A stretch of DNA of 28,160 bases, taken from NCBI GenBank assembly GCA_039799905.1, contig JBDLRP010000017.1:1-28160 (forward strand). Reading direction: 5' to 3'. Under the pieces are notes generated by a model. The model saw only the letters and a program-made list of their open reading frames with translations. It searched no databases and was not told the origin of the DNA. Both the position numbers and the translations under genes were made by a program. This stretch comes from Pseudomonadota bacterium. GTDB lineage: Bacteria > Bdellovibrionota_B > Oligoflexia > Silvanigrellales > Silvanigrellaceae. Position 1 is the first letter of the stretch; each line of letters opens with the position of its first letter. Shown here one piece after another: positions 8,259 through 18,582 of this stretch.

Positions 8259-10964
8259 CTATTTAACAAAGTATTTTAGCATCTTGCGTCTCATCAGCTC
8301 GGCGCTCAACATCATCAACATGAATGCTGCCATGAATGGAAAAAGCCAGAGCGGCAGCGCTTCGGTGGCGAGAATGTTTTTGAGTAGCGGAACCTTCATC
8401 ATCGAAAAGACAAAGAGTAATTCGATGATAAGACCTGCAGACAAGAGCAGATTGAGCCTAGCGGAGATTCGCGTGCGGCAGAGAAACAAGTTGACCACTT
8501 GCATCAGGATGACGGTGCAGAACGTCGCTGTGGATGCCTGTTTTGCGAGCGCACTCTGCGGGTCGATGTGTTCACCCCAGCGCCAATCGGATTCGAATAA
8601 AAAAATGAAAAAAACACTGATTGCTGCGATGGCTTCCCACAGTCCGAACCAGAGATATGCCTTCAAGATGAGCTTCTTGTTGATCAGATGTTCCGAAGGC
8701 TTGCGGGGATTTTGATTCATCAGGCTTGCAGACGGAGGTTCCTTGCTTAGACCAAGGGCGGGAATGAGGTCGGTTCCGAGGTCAATGGCCAAAATCTGCG
8801 GAATGGACAGAGGAAGTGGAATTGGTAGCAACACGTAGAGAATATAGGGGACTGCCTCGGGAACATTGGAAGCAAGAATGTAGGTCATGAAGTTGCGGAT
8901 ATTTTGAAAGATTCCGCGGCCTTCTTTAATTGCACTGACGATGGTTGCGAAATTGTCATCAAGTAGGATGAGATCGGCACTTTCACGAGCCACGTCTGTG
9001 CCGCAAAGGCCCATTGCTATTCCGACGTCTGCATGCCGGAGCGCCGGTGCATCGTTGATTCCATCACCCGTCACAGCAACAACATCGTGCTTGTTTTTGA
9101 GAGCTTCCACGATACGGAGCTTTTGCGTTGCCTTGACGCGCGCAAATGCAATTTCAGGGTGTTCAAGTGCGAATTGCAACTGCGCATTGCTCCAGTGCTC
9201 GACTTGCTGACCAAGAACGATGCGAGTATTTGAGCTGCGAAAGATTCCTGATTGGTTTGCGACGTAGCGCGCGGTTTCGGGGTGATCACCTGTGATCATG
9301 ATGATTTTGATTCCGGCCATCTGACAGTTCGCAACAGCCTCGGGAACCTCCGCTCGGATGGGGTCCTCCAAAGCGACAAGTCCTAATAATTCAAGATCCG
9401 ATTCTGTTTTCTCGCCAACGTCAAATTGCACATCAGCTTCTTTTTTCTGTGCGAAATACTTGCCTTCGTCGAGGCTTAACCTGCGCTGTGCATAGGCCAG
9501 AACCTTCATTCCGCAGGCTGCGAGTTCGCCGGCACGCTTCAGTATCGCTTGGCTTTGTTCTTTGAATGGGGATGATGGAGCCTCGGCCAGCTCCTCCGTG
9601 ATGCATCGTGACACGATGACCTCGGGTGCGCCTTTGCACAAAAGCCAGTATTCATCCTGAATCGCGACAATCACCGATTGCCGTCTGCGTGAGTCATCGA
9701 ATGGTATCTCTCCAATTCGCTCAGGCACGGGCAAATGAATTGAAGCCGGATGTTGGTCTGCATAGCCGACCAGTGCATCTTCGACAGGGTCACTTTGTGC
9801 TGCCAACGGAATTTTAAGATCAGAATATCCATGCGTCCAAAGCATCGCACGCAGGAGAAAAGTCTCGCGGGGAGTCAGTGACTCCTTTTTTGCGAATTGC
9901 TTTTCAGAGTGGGAAGTTCCGCTCACCTCAACGAATGCGACCTTGAGTTTGTTGATGGTGAGAGTGCCGGTTTTGTCAGTGCAGATGACTGTCGCAGAGC
10001 CCAATGCTTCCACTGCCGGAAGTCGCCTGACGAGCGCCTTTTGAGCGGCCATTCTCTGTGCTGCCATTGCAAGTGAAAGTGTGAGTGTCGGCATCAATCC
10101 CTCGGGCACATTTGCGACAATGATTCCAATCGCAAAGATGCTGGCATTGGATGGCGAGAGACCGGAGAGCCAGCCGACGATGAAAAACACGCCGCCCAAC
10201 GCCAACGCGAGCAATGAAATTCTTTTGCTGATGACTCTGATTTCTTCTTGGAGCGGGGTCGGCCGTTCTTCGCCCGATAGTGTGAGCTTCGCAATTTTTC
10301 CGAATTCACTGCGAATTCCAGTCGCAAATACAATTCCCAGCGCGTGTCCTGCCACCACTCGGCTTCCGGCAAGAACGAGGTTTTTTGCTCTGAGTATGTC
10401 GTCCGACATGTCAGTAGAGCTGTGCCGTGCTGACGGAAGCGACTCACCTGTGACAGCAGCTGCGTCAACCCGCAGTCGAGCGCATTCAATCAGCCGAATG
10501 TCCGCCGGAACGGAATCTCCCTGATTGAGCGAAACAACGTCACCAGAAACCAAATTTTCAGCCGGACAGAGAGTCCATTTTTGATCGCGCAGAACCATGC
10601 AATGGCGAGGAAGTATTTCGCGCAGAGCCTCAAGTGCCTTCTCAGCCCGCAGAGACTGCCAGAATGCAAAGATGGCATTTATAAATATCACTGAAACAAT
10701 GGCCGCAGCGAGGAGAAACATCTCATTCTGTTTGGCAATGACCCCAGAAATCATGCAAATCAGCGCGGCAGCCCAAAGAATAAGCGCGAAGAAGTCGGTC
10801 ATTGCTTTTATGAATTGCAGCTTCTCATTGCGCTTCCGGTGCTGTTCGATGATGTTTTTTCCATACCGGTTGATTCGTGCTGTGGCTTCAGCTTGAGTGA
10901 GGCCCTGCCGACTGCTGAGCAGTGTCTCGTAAATTTCGTCGAGCGGCAGATTTTGAATTCTCAT
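8259..10964 (-). CDS. Cation-transporting P-type ATPase, type II (Na+/K+- or H+/K+-ATPase-like)
   Basis: TGES, ANVPEGL, DKTGTLT, KGAPE, MITGD, TGDGINDAP, YILASNVPE, IDLGTD. AAGGA RBS before ATG 10964. Confidence 0.95.
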   Translation of the reverse strand: MRIQNLPLDEIYETLLSSRQGLTQAEATARINRYGKNIIEQHRKRNEKLQFIKAMTDFFALILWAAALICMISGVIAKQNEMFLLAAAIVSVIFINAIFAFWQSLRAEKALEALREILPRHCMVLRDQKWTLCPAENLVSGDVVSLNQGDSVPADIRLIECARLRVDAAAVTGESLPSARHSSTDMSDDILRAKNLVLAGSRVVAGHALGIVFATGIRSEFGKIAKLTLSGEERPTPLQEEIRVISKRISLLALALGGVFFIVGWLSGLSPSNASIFAIGIIVANVPEGLMPTLTLSLAMAAQRMAAQKALVRRLPAVEALGSATVICTDKTGTLTINKLKVAFVEVSGTSHSEKQFAKKESLTPRETFLLRAMLWTHGYSDLKIPLAAQSDPVEDALVGYADQHPASIHLPVPERIGEIPFDDSRRRQSVIVAIQDEYWLLCKGAPEVIVSRCITEELAEAPSSPFKEQSQAILKRAGELAACGMKVLAYAQRRLSLDEGKYFAQKKEADVQFDVGEKTESDLELLGLVALEDPIRAEVPEAVANCQMAGIKIIMITGDHPETARYVANQSGIFRSSNTRIVLGQQVEHWSNAQLQFALEHPEIAFARVKATQKLRIVEALKNKHDVVAVTGDGINDAPALRHADVGIAMGLCGTDVARESADLILLDDNFATIVSAIKEGRGIFQNIRNFMTYILASNVPEAVPYILYVLLPIPLPLSIPQILAIDLGTDLIPALGLSKEPPSASLMNQNPRKPSEHLINKKLILKAYLWFGLWEAIAAISVFFIFLFESDWRWGEHIDPQSALAKQASTATFCTVILMQVVNLFLCRTRISARLNLLLSAGLIIELLFVFSMMKVPLLKNILATEALPLWLFPFMAAFMLMMLSAELMRRKMLKYFVK

Positions 10965-11188
10965 GCGGCTTTCCTTGGATAAGTCATTGGCTTTCCCAGT
11001 GTCTGAAATTCCCAAGGAGGTGGTTATTTTTACTATGAAAATTTGTGAAAAAATCACTATTTATTGATGACTTGGATGGCCGGCTGCCGTCATCTCCCGC
11101 GCGGTACAATTTTCATTCTGTCAGTACTTTGCGGACACCCGTCGCTCTGAGCGCCTTTTCTGTTAGCGTCAAAGTAGGGGAGAACAAC

Positions 11189-11692
11189 ATGAAATTATTT
11201 GCGTCGCTTGTCTGTATCGGTGTGATGTTCGGTGTAGCGTGCAAGAAGCAGTCTGATTCAACAGAAAATTCAGCTTCACGCGGGGGTACGGGGGATTCGC
11301 CTCTGTTGGCCTGCCAGCTTTCAGATTCTCAGGTTCGCCTGATTGCTGGTTCTGATGAGTTCAAGACATTTGAAACCGTCCAGGTCGAGTCACTTCCTGA
11401 AGGCGAGCGCAAGGCGCTGAACTCAAAGCGGGCAACCGCAGCCTGCGCAGGTACGGAGATTTCCTCTCTCGCTGGATCGTTTCCGAGCATCGCTGCGCGA
11501 TTGGGCGACGCCGATAATACTGAGACTGGAGCGACAGCAATGGCATTGGGCGATACGGGCATGGGTTATGGCATGCCCGGAGTTGTCCGGACGGAGTATA
11601 TTCGGATGCCGACAGGCAGCCGCTATGTTGCCGGCTACAACTCAGACGGTCTGATGATTTTCCTTCAGCGTTTGCTGATGCGTCGGCCCTGA
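11189..11692 (+). CDS. Hypothetical lipoprotein, ~167 aa
   Basis: GGGGAG RBS; MKLFASLVCIGVMFGVA|C lipobox followed by a Ser-rich tether. Confidence 0.8.
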   Translation: MKLFASLVCIGVMFGVACKKQSDSTENSASRGGTGDSPLLACQLSDSQVRLIAGSDEFKTFETVQVESLPEGERKALNSKRATAACAGTEISSLAGSFPSIAARLGDADNTETGATAMALGDTGMGYGMPGVVRTEYIRMPTGSRYVAGYNSDGLMIFLQRLLMRRP

Positions 11693-11737
11693 CGATGTGC
11701 TCAATTCTTGCGTTGTGAAAAAATGGGGCGACTGCGG

Positions 11738-12520
11738 ATGAACAATTGGATGCGATTTGGTTCAGCAGCACTTTTGGCGTTCGCGTTTTCATCCGTTTCT
11801 TCCTGTGTTGCCCGCACATACAACACGGATTCCGGGCCAAGTACACTCTTTCAGATCGCCCATCCGCGCATTGCGATCGACTATGTTGGCCTTGGTTGGT
11901 GTTACTATCTGGAAGATAAAAATGTGCCGCCGGTTATTTTGAAAACCAATGAGGTGGAGGACGACATTGATGTCAACCTCTCAACCGGGGTCGAGACGAA
12001 ACAGCGGTTTCAACTTTTGTACATTATTCGGCAGTTCAAAAAATCACATGAAGTGTCGATGGATTTTGCAACCCTGGATGAATGGAGAAGGAAAAATCCG
12101 TCCTATGTGACAGACGGCAATTCCGAATGGGATGCGCTGGGTTCGATTCAGTCTGAGATGCAGAATGCACGTTCACTTGTCGAAATGCGCGAGTTTGAAT
12201 CTTCGTTGTGTAAGACAATTTACAAAGACACAGATAAGCCTGATTTTGCGCTGCTCGACAAGCGCTTCGTGAAGGAGCGCAGGCGCAGCGAGTACGTTGT
12301 CCGCTGCTACGGCGACAGCGGACAGCTGATGTCTCGGTCCAAGCTTCAGCAATTGACCGACAGCCAATATAAAACCGCCAAGAGAATTTTAATGGAAGTG
12401 ACGACGCTGCCAGACTATCTGCCACTGCGCAGAAGCGGTGCAAATTGCCGCGATGGCCTGAGGCAAATGGAGATTAGCCGCGGGCGTCTGCTTGAGACGA
12501 CTCAGCGCAAGGTCTTCTGA
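11738..12520 (+). CDS. Hypothetical lipoprotein, ~260 aa
   Basis: Signal MNNWMRFGSAALLAFAFSSVSS|C. Start uncertain (11723, 11738 or 11750). The 3' end overlaps the gltD end by 47 nt. Confidence 0.75.
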   Translation: MNNWMRFGSAALLAFAFSSVSSCVARTYNTDSGPSTLFQIAHPRIAIDYVGLGWCYYLEDKNVPPVILKTNEVEDDIDVNLSTGVETKQRFQLLYIIRQFKKSHEVSMDFATLDEWRRKNPSYVTDGNSEWDALGSIQSEMQNARSLVEMREFESSLCKTIYKDTDKPDFALLDKRFVKERRRSEYVVRCYGDSGQLMSRSKLQQLTDSQYKTAKRILMEVTTLPDYLPLRRSGANCRDGLRQMEISRGRLLETTQRKVF

Positions 12521-13979
12521 GTTGGTCTTTGCTCCGCAAATACGACTCAATACTATTGGCGGCCTTGCGTCCTTCGGCAATTGCCCAGACGACCAATGAT
12601 TGCCCCCTGCGCACATCTCCTGCTGCAAAGACTCCTTCAACATTGGTCATAAAATTTTCTTCTGCAGCTTGCACTGTTCCCCTCTCCGTCAGCCTGAGCA
12701 TTCCTTCCGAAATCATCCCGTCGCTGTCCACACCGGAAAATCCGATGGCAATCAACGCAAGCTGGCAGGGCCACGTCTTTTCTGAACCTGCAATGGGTTC
12801 CAAGCGGGTGTGTCCGAGCTCATCTTTCGACACACAGACTTCCCTTGTCACAAGTGCATTCAGCCGTCCGTCTGCATCAGTCTCAAAGCGGACGCTCTCG
12901 AGAGCAAAGACACGTTCGCAGCCTTCTTCATGCGACGAAGACGTTCTCAACATGAGCGGCCAATGCGGCCATGGAGTTGAAGCAGGCCGTTGATTACGTC
13001 GCGGAAAGCGCGTCAAGTTGGCTGGCTGCGGCATGATCTCGAATTGAACAATATTTCTCGCCCCCTGCCTGCGTGCTGTGCCAATGCAATCAGAACCGGT
13101 GTCTCCGCCGCCAATCACCACCACATCTTTTCCGGCTGCGGGATGGTTTTCCGTGGTGCTCGTATGTGGCGAAGAGAGGCGTCTATTTGCATCTGCGAGA
13201 AACTGCATGGCTAGCATCACGCCATTTGCATCTCTGCCAGCAATGTTGAGGTCGCGGGCTTTTTCAGCACCACAAGCCAACAAAACAGCATCGAATTGCT
13301 CACGCAGCTCAGCGAGGCTGATGTCGCGCCCGACGTTCACGCCGCAGCGAAAGACAATTTCCTCCTGTTCGAGCAATTTGATTCTCCGTGCAACTTTATC
13401 TTTATCCAATTTAAAATCCGGGATTCCGAAGGTGAGAAGACCTCCGGCGCGTTCCGACCTTTCGAAGACAACCACAGTGTGACCCATTCGGTTGAGTTGC
13501 TGAGCTGCTGCGAGGCCCGCAGGACCACTGCCGACGATCGCAACTCGGAATCCGCTGCGTGTTCGTGGGATTTGCGGACGGATCCAGCCCAGTTCAAAAC
13601 CTTTGTCGGCCAACGACATTTCAATGGCTTCAATTGAAACTGGATCTTCGTTGATGCCAAGAACACAAGCCGATTCGCATGGAGCAGGGCATACGCGTCC
13701 GGTGAATTCCGGAAAATTGTTGGTCGCAAGCAGCGCTTCGAGGGCCAGCTGTTCGTTTTTTTCGCTCGCCAGATGGTTCCAGTCGGGGATATTGTTTCCC
13801 AAAGGGCAACCCTTTGAGCAGAAGGGAACACCGCAATCCATGCAGCGAGCCCCTTGCTCGCGCAGCTTTTCGTCGCTCAGTCGGGAGGTGAACTCACGCG
13901 AGTGGCCAATGCGCTGAGCCACCGGTTGTTTTTCCGGGTCGGCACGTTGATAGCTCAAAAAGCCTCTGACTTCACCCAT
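12474..13979 (-). CDS. gltD: Glutamate synthase small (beta) subunit
   Basis: CMDCGVPFC...CP and GRVCPAPCE..C Fe-S motifs; GSGPAG and GGGDTG Rossmann motifs; GQSLVVWAI. ATG overlaps the gltB stop. Confidence 0.96.
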   Translation of the reverse strand: MGEVRGFLSYQRADPEKQPVAQRIGHSREFTSRLSDEKLREQGARCMDCGVPFCSKGCPLGNNIPDWNHLASEKNEQLALEALLATNNFPEFTGRVCPAPCESACVLGINEDPVSIEAIEMSLADKGFELGWIRPQIPRTRSGFRVAIVGSGPAGLAAAQQLNRMGHTVVVFERSERAGGLLTFGIPDFKLDKDKVARRIKLLEQEEIVFRCGVNVGRDISLAELREQFDAVLLACGAEKARDLNIAGRDANGVMLAMQFLADANRRLSSPHTSTTENHPAAGKDVVVIGGGDTGSDCIGTARRQGARNIVQFEIMPQPANLTRFPRRNQRPASTPWPHWPLMLRTSSSHEEGCERVFALESVRFETDADGRLNALVTREVCVSKDELGHTRLEPIAGSEKTWPCQLALIAIGFSGVDSDGMISEGMLRLTERGTVQAAEENFMTNVEGVFAAGDVRRGQSLVVWAIAEGRKAANSIESYLRSKDQLRRPCAESSQADARG

Positions 13980-16900
13980 GCAAACCTCTGTGAGTTTCGC
14001 TGCCTTTGGGCAGAATTGGTTGTCTGAAGGATGACTCTGGTTCTTCGTTGATTTGCGCGTTTTGGTTGAGCATCGCGCGGTAAGCTGGCGGACAGACCGA
14101 AATGAAGTGGTGTTTTTCCGCATGCCAGTTTTCCAGTACGCGGTGGGCTACGGAACTGTCTGTCAGCTCGGCGTGTTTGCGCAGTTGATCGAGAAGAAGT
14201 TTTTCCTCGCCTTGGCTGAGTGTGCTGTCAATCTGGACGAGTTCCGTGTTGATTCGAGTTTTGTTTATTTCTTTTGGATCGTAGACGTAGGCAATTCCGC
14301 CACTCATACCCGCGGCAAAATTGCGGCCGATTGGGCCCAGGACAACCACACTTCCACCTGTCATATACTCACAGCCGTGATCTCCGACACCTTCGACAAC
14401 CGCATGTGCACCACTGTTCCGCACGGCAAATCGCTCACCTGCCCGACCGCGCGCATAGAGTTCGCCCGAAGTCGCACCATAAAGCGCCGTGTTGCCACAG
14501 ATGACACTGTTTTCGGCCACTAGCAGGCTCTGCCGCGGTGGTCTGATGCTGACCTTGGCACCGGAGAGCCCTTTGCAGAGATAGTCGTTGGCTTCGCCTT
14601 CAAGGAGGGCGCTGATGCCAGCAACGGCAAAAGCCATAAAACTCTGTCCGGCAATTCCGCGGAAGGTCAGTTTCAAAAGTTCTTCGGGGAGCTGCCTTTT
14701 CGTCTGAAGCCTGCTGATTTCAGACGAAACGAGAGTTCCGACACTGCGGTCAAGATTGCTGATCGGCAGACTCAAAGACACTCTTCTTCCCGAGCTCAAT
14801 GAATCATTCAGAGCGGGCAGGAGTGTCGTCATGTCGAGACCAGATTCGATTTCTTTTATGTGCGAGCTCTTTTCTCGAAGTGCGACCGAGAAATGTCCGT
14901 CAGGCTGCTTGAGCAGAAAATCCAAGTCGATTTTCGCGAGGCGGTCGTTGGTGACTTCCTTCTTCCGAAGGTTCTGCGACTGTCCGACCATTTCATCGAC
15001 AGACGTGTAGCCTAGCTGCGCCATGATTTCACGCAGACCTTCTGCGAGCATGAAGACGTAGTTGATGAGTGCCTCGGGCGTGCCGGCAAACTTCTTGCGC
15101 AGTTCTGGGTCCTGCGTTGCAATCCCGACAGGACAGGTATTGAGGTGACACTTTCGCATCATCACACAACCCAGCGTGACGAGCGCTCCTGTTGCGATTC
15201 CCCACTCTTCGGCTCCCAGCAGAGTGGCGATCGCGATGTCGCGCGGTGTGCGCAGTTGCCCGTCGGTTTGCAGAATCACTCTTTCGCGCAGATTGTTTTC
15301 AACCAAAGTGCGGTGAGTTTCAGCCAAGCCAAGTTCCCACGGCAGTCCAGCATGTTTGATGGACGACAGCGGACTTGCACCGGTTCCACCCTCATGCCCG
15401 CTGATCAAAATGACGTCGGCTTTCGCCTTGGCGACTCCGGCGGCGATTGTGCCAATGCCCGATTCGGAAACGAGTTTAACGCTGATCCGTGCAGAGCGGT
15501 TGGCATTGCGCAAGTCGAAAATGAGCTGAGCGAGATCTTCGATGGAATAAATGTCGTGATGTGGAGGAGGCGAAATCAGTGTGATGCCAACGCTGCTGTG
15601 TCGGACTTTGGCTATGCTTGCATCCACCTTGTGTCCGGGGAGCTGTCCGCCTTCACCGGGCTTGGCACCTTGCGCCATCTTAATCTGTAGCTCGTCCGCG
15701 TTGACGAGATACGAACTTGTGACGCCGAATCGTGCGCTGGCCACCTGACGTATGGCGCTGCGGCGGGAATCTCCGTTGCTGTCTGGCAAGGAACGCTGTG
15801 GATCTTCTCCGCCCTCTCCCGAGTTGCTTCGCGCTCCAATGCGGTTCATAGCGACGGCAATCGTCTCGTGGGCCTCCTTTGACAGAGAGCCGAAACTCAT
15901 CGCGCCCGTCGCAAACCGCCGGACGATTGCTTGCGCGGGTTCAACGCTTGAAAGCTCGACAGGCGGCCTTTGCGGAGAAATGCTCAGCAGACTGCGCAGG
16001 TGTAAATGTGCGTTATTGGTTTCATCGAGCACAGCACAGAATTTTTTGAACTCTTCAAAGCTGTTGATGCGCGTTGCATTCTGTAACGTAGAGATCATCT
16101 CGGGCGAATGCAGATGCCGTTCTCCTCCGGCTCGCCAATGATATTGTCCCATGTGTTCGGGCAGTGTGGGTGTTTCGTCCGCCACGTGCTTGAACGCCAA
16201 TGCGTGCTGAGCGCGAATATCAGCTTCAAGTTCAGCAAGCCCTATTCCACCAATACGCGACGGAGTCCATGTGAAAAAGTTTTCAATCAGCTCGTTATTC
16301 AGTCCGAGTGCTTCAAAAATCTGGCTGCCACGGTATGAATGCAGCGTCGAGATGCCCATTTTAGACATGACCTTGAGCAGTCCGCTGCAGATGGCCTTGC
16401 AGTAATTTTCTTCAAGTTTTTTTGCAGTCAGCTCAGGCTTGAAAGAATAATTTCTGTCGCGTGTGGCAATGATCTCGAGTGCGAGATAGGGGTTGATCGC
16501 CGCGGCTCCGTATCCAATCAGCAGAGCGAAATGATGAACCTCCCGCGGCTCTCCGCTTTCAACCACAAGGCTGCAACGGGTGCGTTCGCCTGCGCGGATG
16601 AGTGCATGGTGGACTGCTGAAGTGACCAACAGTGCAGGAATCGCTGCACGAAGATTGCATACTTCTCTGTCGCTCAGAACGACGACATTCTTTCCGGCCT
16701 GCACGTTCTCAACAGCGTTTTTGCAAAGACGGTCGAGCGCCTGCTGCAAGTTCTCCGTTTGGATGTCAAACGTCGAGGAAAGCCGAACAACGTTCAGCTG
16801 TCTGACCTTATTTTTGAGTAGCTGTCTGAGCTGGGCATTGCCGAGGATCGGCTGATTGAGTCGCACCACAGAGCAATGCTCGGCGCCTTCAGTAAGAATG

Positions 16901-18582
16901 TTTTGTTCGCCACCCAGATGTGTGCTCAGTGACGTGACAAGTTCCTCGCGCATGGCATCGATGGGAGGATTGGTGACCTGTGCAAAGAGTTGTTTAAAGT
17001 AGTTGTAAAGGAGTTGATTTTTTGCGGAAAGAACCGCAAGCGGGGTGTCGGTACCCATCGAACCATCCGGTTCTTTGCCTTCGTTGGCCATCGGCGCAAT
17101 CAACAGCCGCAGACACTCTTGAGTATAGCCGAACGCCTGCATCCGCTTTGGCAGTGATTGCGATTCACTGGGTTGTCCTTGCTTGCCGACAGTTTCATCT
17201 GAGTTTTCCTCTCGGAAAACAGCATCTGCGAAAACACGCTCGCTTTTGAGCCAGTCACCGTAAGGTTTGCCAACGGCCAGCTGCGCCTTGATTTCGTCAT
17301 CGGGAACAATGCGTCCTTGTGCCATATCCACAAGAAAAAATCGGCCTGCGCTGAGACGACCTTTTTCAACAATCTGCTCGGCGCTTCGTTCGACGACTCC
17401 GGCTTCCGAGGCCATAATCACGTGTCCGTCGGTCGTGATCCAATAGCGTGCAGGTCGGAGACCGTTGCGGTCCAAGAGGGCGCCAACCTGTTGTCCCTGA
17501 CAAAATGCGATGAGTGCCGGCCCGTCCCAAGGCTCCATGAGATAGGATTGATATTCAAAGTAGTCTTTGAGCTCTTGGGACATCTCACTGTGCTTTTCCC
17601 AAGGCTCGGGAATGACCATGGACATCACCTGAGCGAGCGGCCTTCCGCTGTGAAGCAGAAATTCAACCGCATTGTCGAGCATCGCCGAGTCACTCATGGC
17701 AGGCGTGCAAATGGGGCCCAATCTGTCGATATCTTTTTGGAGTGTTTCGCTTTTGAAGAGGAAGCTTCTGGCATGCATGGCGTTGATGTTGCCGCGCAGG
17801 GTGTTGATTTCTCCGTTGTGACACAAGACTCGAAATGGTTGTGCAAGCGGCCATGAGGGCAGAGTGTTGGTGCTGAATCGCAAATGCACCATTGCATAGG
17901 CAGATACGAATAAAGAATTCTGCAGGTCAGTGTAAAAAGCACCTAGGGTGTCGGAAGAAGTCAGAGCCTTGTAGCAGATGTTTTCACGGGAAAGACTCGC
18001 AATGTAGAATTCTCTTTGTTTGACTCCATATCTTTCGCGCGCAAGATTTTCGAGATTCTTTCGCATGGCGAAGAGCTTCCAGTCAAAGTTCTGCTCATTT
18101 TGACTCTGGCTTTGTCTGACGAAGACCGCTTGCTGTATGTGCGGCTTGGTGAGTTTCGCAGCTTGACCCAGAACTGAGGCGTCGCACGGTACGTCGCGCA
18201 TGAACAGAACTTCTAGGCCGTATTCGCGGGCACACTGCTGCAGTTGATTCTGCCAGAATTCTCGTTCTTTTTTTTCCGGCGGAAGAAAGTGCATCGAGAT
18301 CGCATAATCGCCTGCTGCGGGAAGATTGCGACCCTGCCGCAACGCACTTCTTTTCATAAGTTCATGAGGAATTTGGACGACGATTCCTGCGCCGTCGCTT
18401 GTCAGTCCGTCAGCGCAGCGTCCTCCGCGGTGATCCATTCGGCGCAGCATTTGCAGCCCGTCGCAGACAACCTGAAAACTGCGGTTGCCTTTGAGGTGGG
18501 CAATGAATCCGACACCGCATGCATCCCGCTGCTCATTCCGCGGATCATCCAACAACAATTTGTTGAAGCTGTTGTTGCGCAT
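13972..18582 (-). CDS. gltB: Glutamate synthase large (alpha) subunit
   Basis: DA|CGVG Ntn cysteine, RFSTNT, HNGEINT, EPWDGPA, QGAKPGEGG, CVMMRKCHLNTCP 3Fe-4S motif, C-terminal GXGXG repeats. Confidence 0.98.
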   Translation of the reverse strand: MRNNSFNKLLLDDPRNEQRDACGVGFIAHLKGNRSFQVVCDGLQMLRRMDHRGGRCADGLTSDGAGIVVQIPHELMKRSALRQGRNLPAAGDYAISMHFLPPEKKEREFWQNQLQQCAREYGLEVLFMRDVPCDASVLGQAAKLTKPHIQQAVFVRQSQSQNEQNFDWKLFAMRKNLENLARERYGVKQREFYIASLSRENICYKALTSSDTLGAFYTDLQNSLFVSAYAMVHLRFSTNTLPSWPLAQPFRVLCHNGEINTLRGNINAMHARSFLFKSETLQKDIDRLGPICTPAMSDSAMLDNAVEFLLHSGRPLAQVMSMVIPEPWEKHSEMSQELKDYFEYQSYLMEPWDGPALIAFCQGQQVGALLDRNGLRPARYWITTDGHVIMASEAGVVERSAEQIVEKGRLSAGRFFLVDMAQGRIVPDDEIKAQLAVGKPYGDWLKSERVFADAVFREENSDETVGKQGQPSESQSLPKRMQAFGYTQECLRLLIAPMANEGKEPDGSMGTDTPLAVLSAKNQLLYNYFKQLFAQVTNPPIDAMREELVTSLSTHLGGEQNILTEGAEHCSVVRLNQPILGNAQLRQLLKNKVRQLNVVRLSSTFDIQTENLQQALDRLCKNAVENVQAGKNVVVLSDREVCNLRAAIPALLVTSAVHHALIRAGERTRCSLVVESGEPREVHHFALLIGYGAAAINPYLALEIIATRDRNYSFKPELTAKKLEENYCKAICSGLLKVMSKMGISTLHSYRGSQIFEALGLNNELIENFFTWTPSRIGGIGLAELEADIRAQHALAFKHVADETPTLPEHMGQYHWRAGGERHLHSPEMISTLQNATRINSFEEFKKFCAVLDETNNAHLHLRSLLSISPQRPPVELSSVEPAQAIVRRFATGAMSFGSLSKEAHETIAVAMNRIGARSNSGEGGEDPQRSLPDSNGDSRRSAIRQVASARFGVTSSYLVNADELQIKMAQGAKPGEGGQLPGHKVDASIAKVRHSSVGITLISPPPHHDIYSIEDLAQLIFDLRNANRSARISVKLVSESGIGTIAAGVAKAKADVILISGHEGGTGASPLSSIKHAGLPWELGLAETHRTLVENNLRERVILQTDGQLRTPRDIAIATLLGAEEWGIATGALVTLGCVMMRKCHLNTCPVGIATQDPELRKKFAGTPEALINYVFMLAEGLREIMAQLGYTSVDEMVGQSQNLRKKEVTNDRLAKIDLDFLLKQPDGHFSVALREKSSHIKEIESGLDMTTLLPALNDSLSSGRRVSLSLPISNLDRSVGTLVSSEISRLQTKRQLPEELLKLTFRGIAGQSFMAFAVAGISALLEGEANDYLCKGLSGAKVSIRPPRQSLLVAENSVICGNTALYGATSGELYARGRAGERFAVRNSGAHAVVEGVGDHGCEYMTGGSVVVLGPIGRNFAAGMSGGIAYVYDPKEINKTRINTELVQIDSTLSQGEEKLLLDQLRKHAELTDSSVAHRVLENWHAEKHHFISVCPPAYRAMLNQNAQINEEPESSFRQPILPKGSETHRGLHG

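Noticed and set aside
11044..11058. TGTGA-N5-TCACT, CRP- or Rex-like site
   Set aside because: The spacer is 5 nt rather than 6 and lies in AT-rich DNA, so it cannot be assigned.
13980..14123. Extension of gltD to 549 aa
   Set aside because: It lies inside gltB; GltD homology begins at MGEVRGF.
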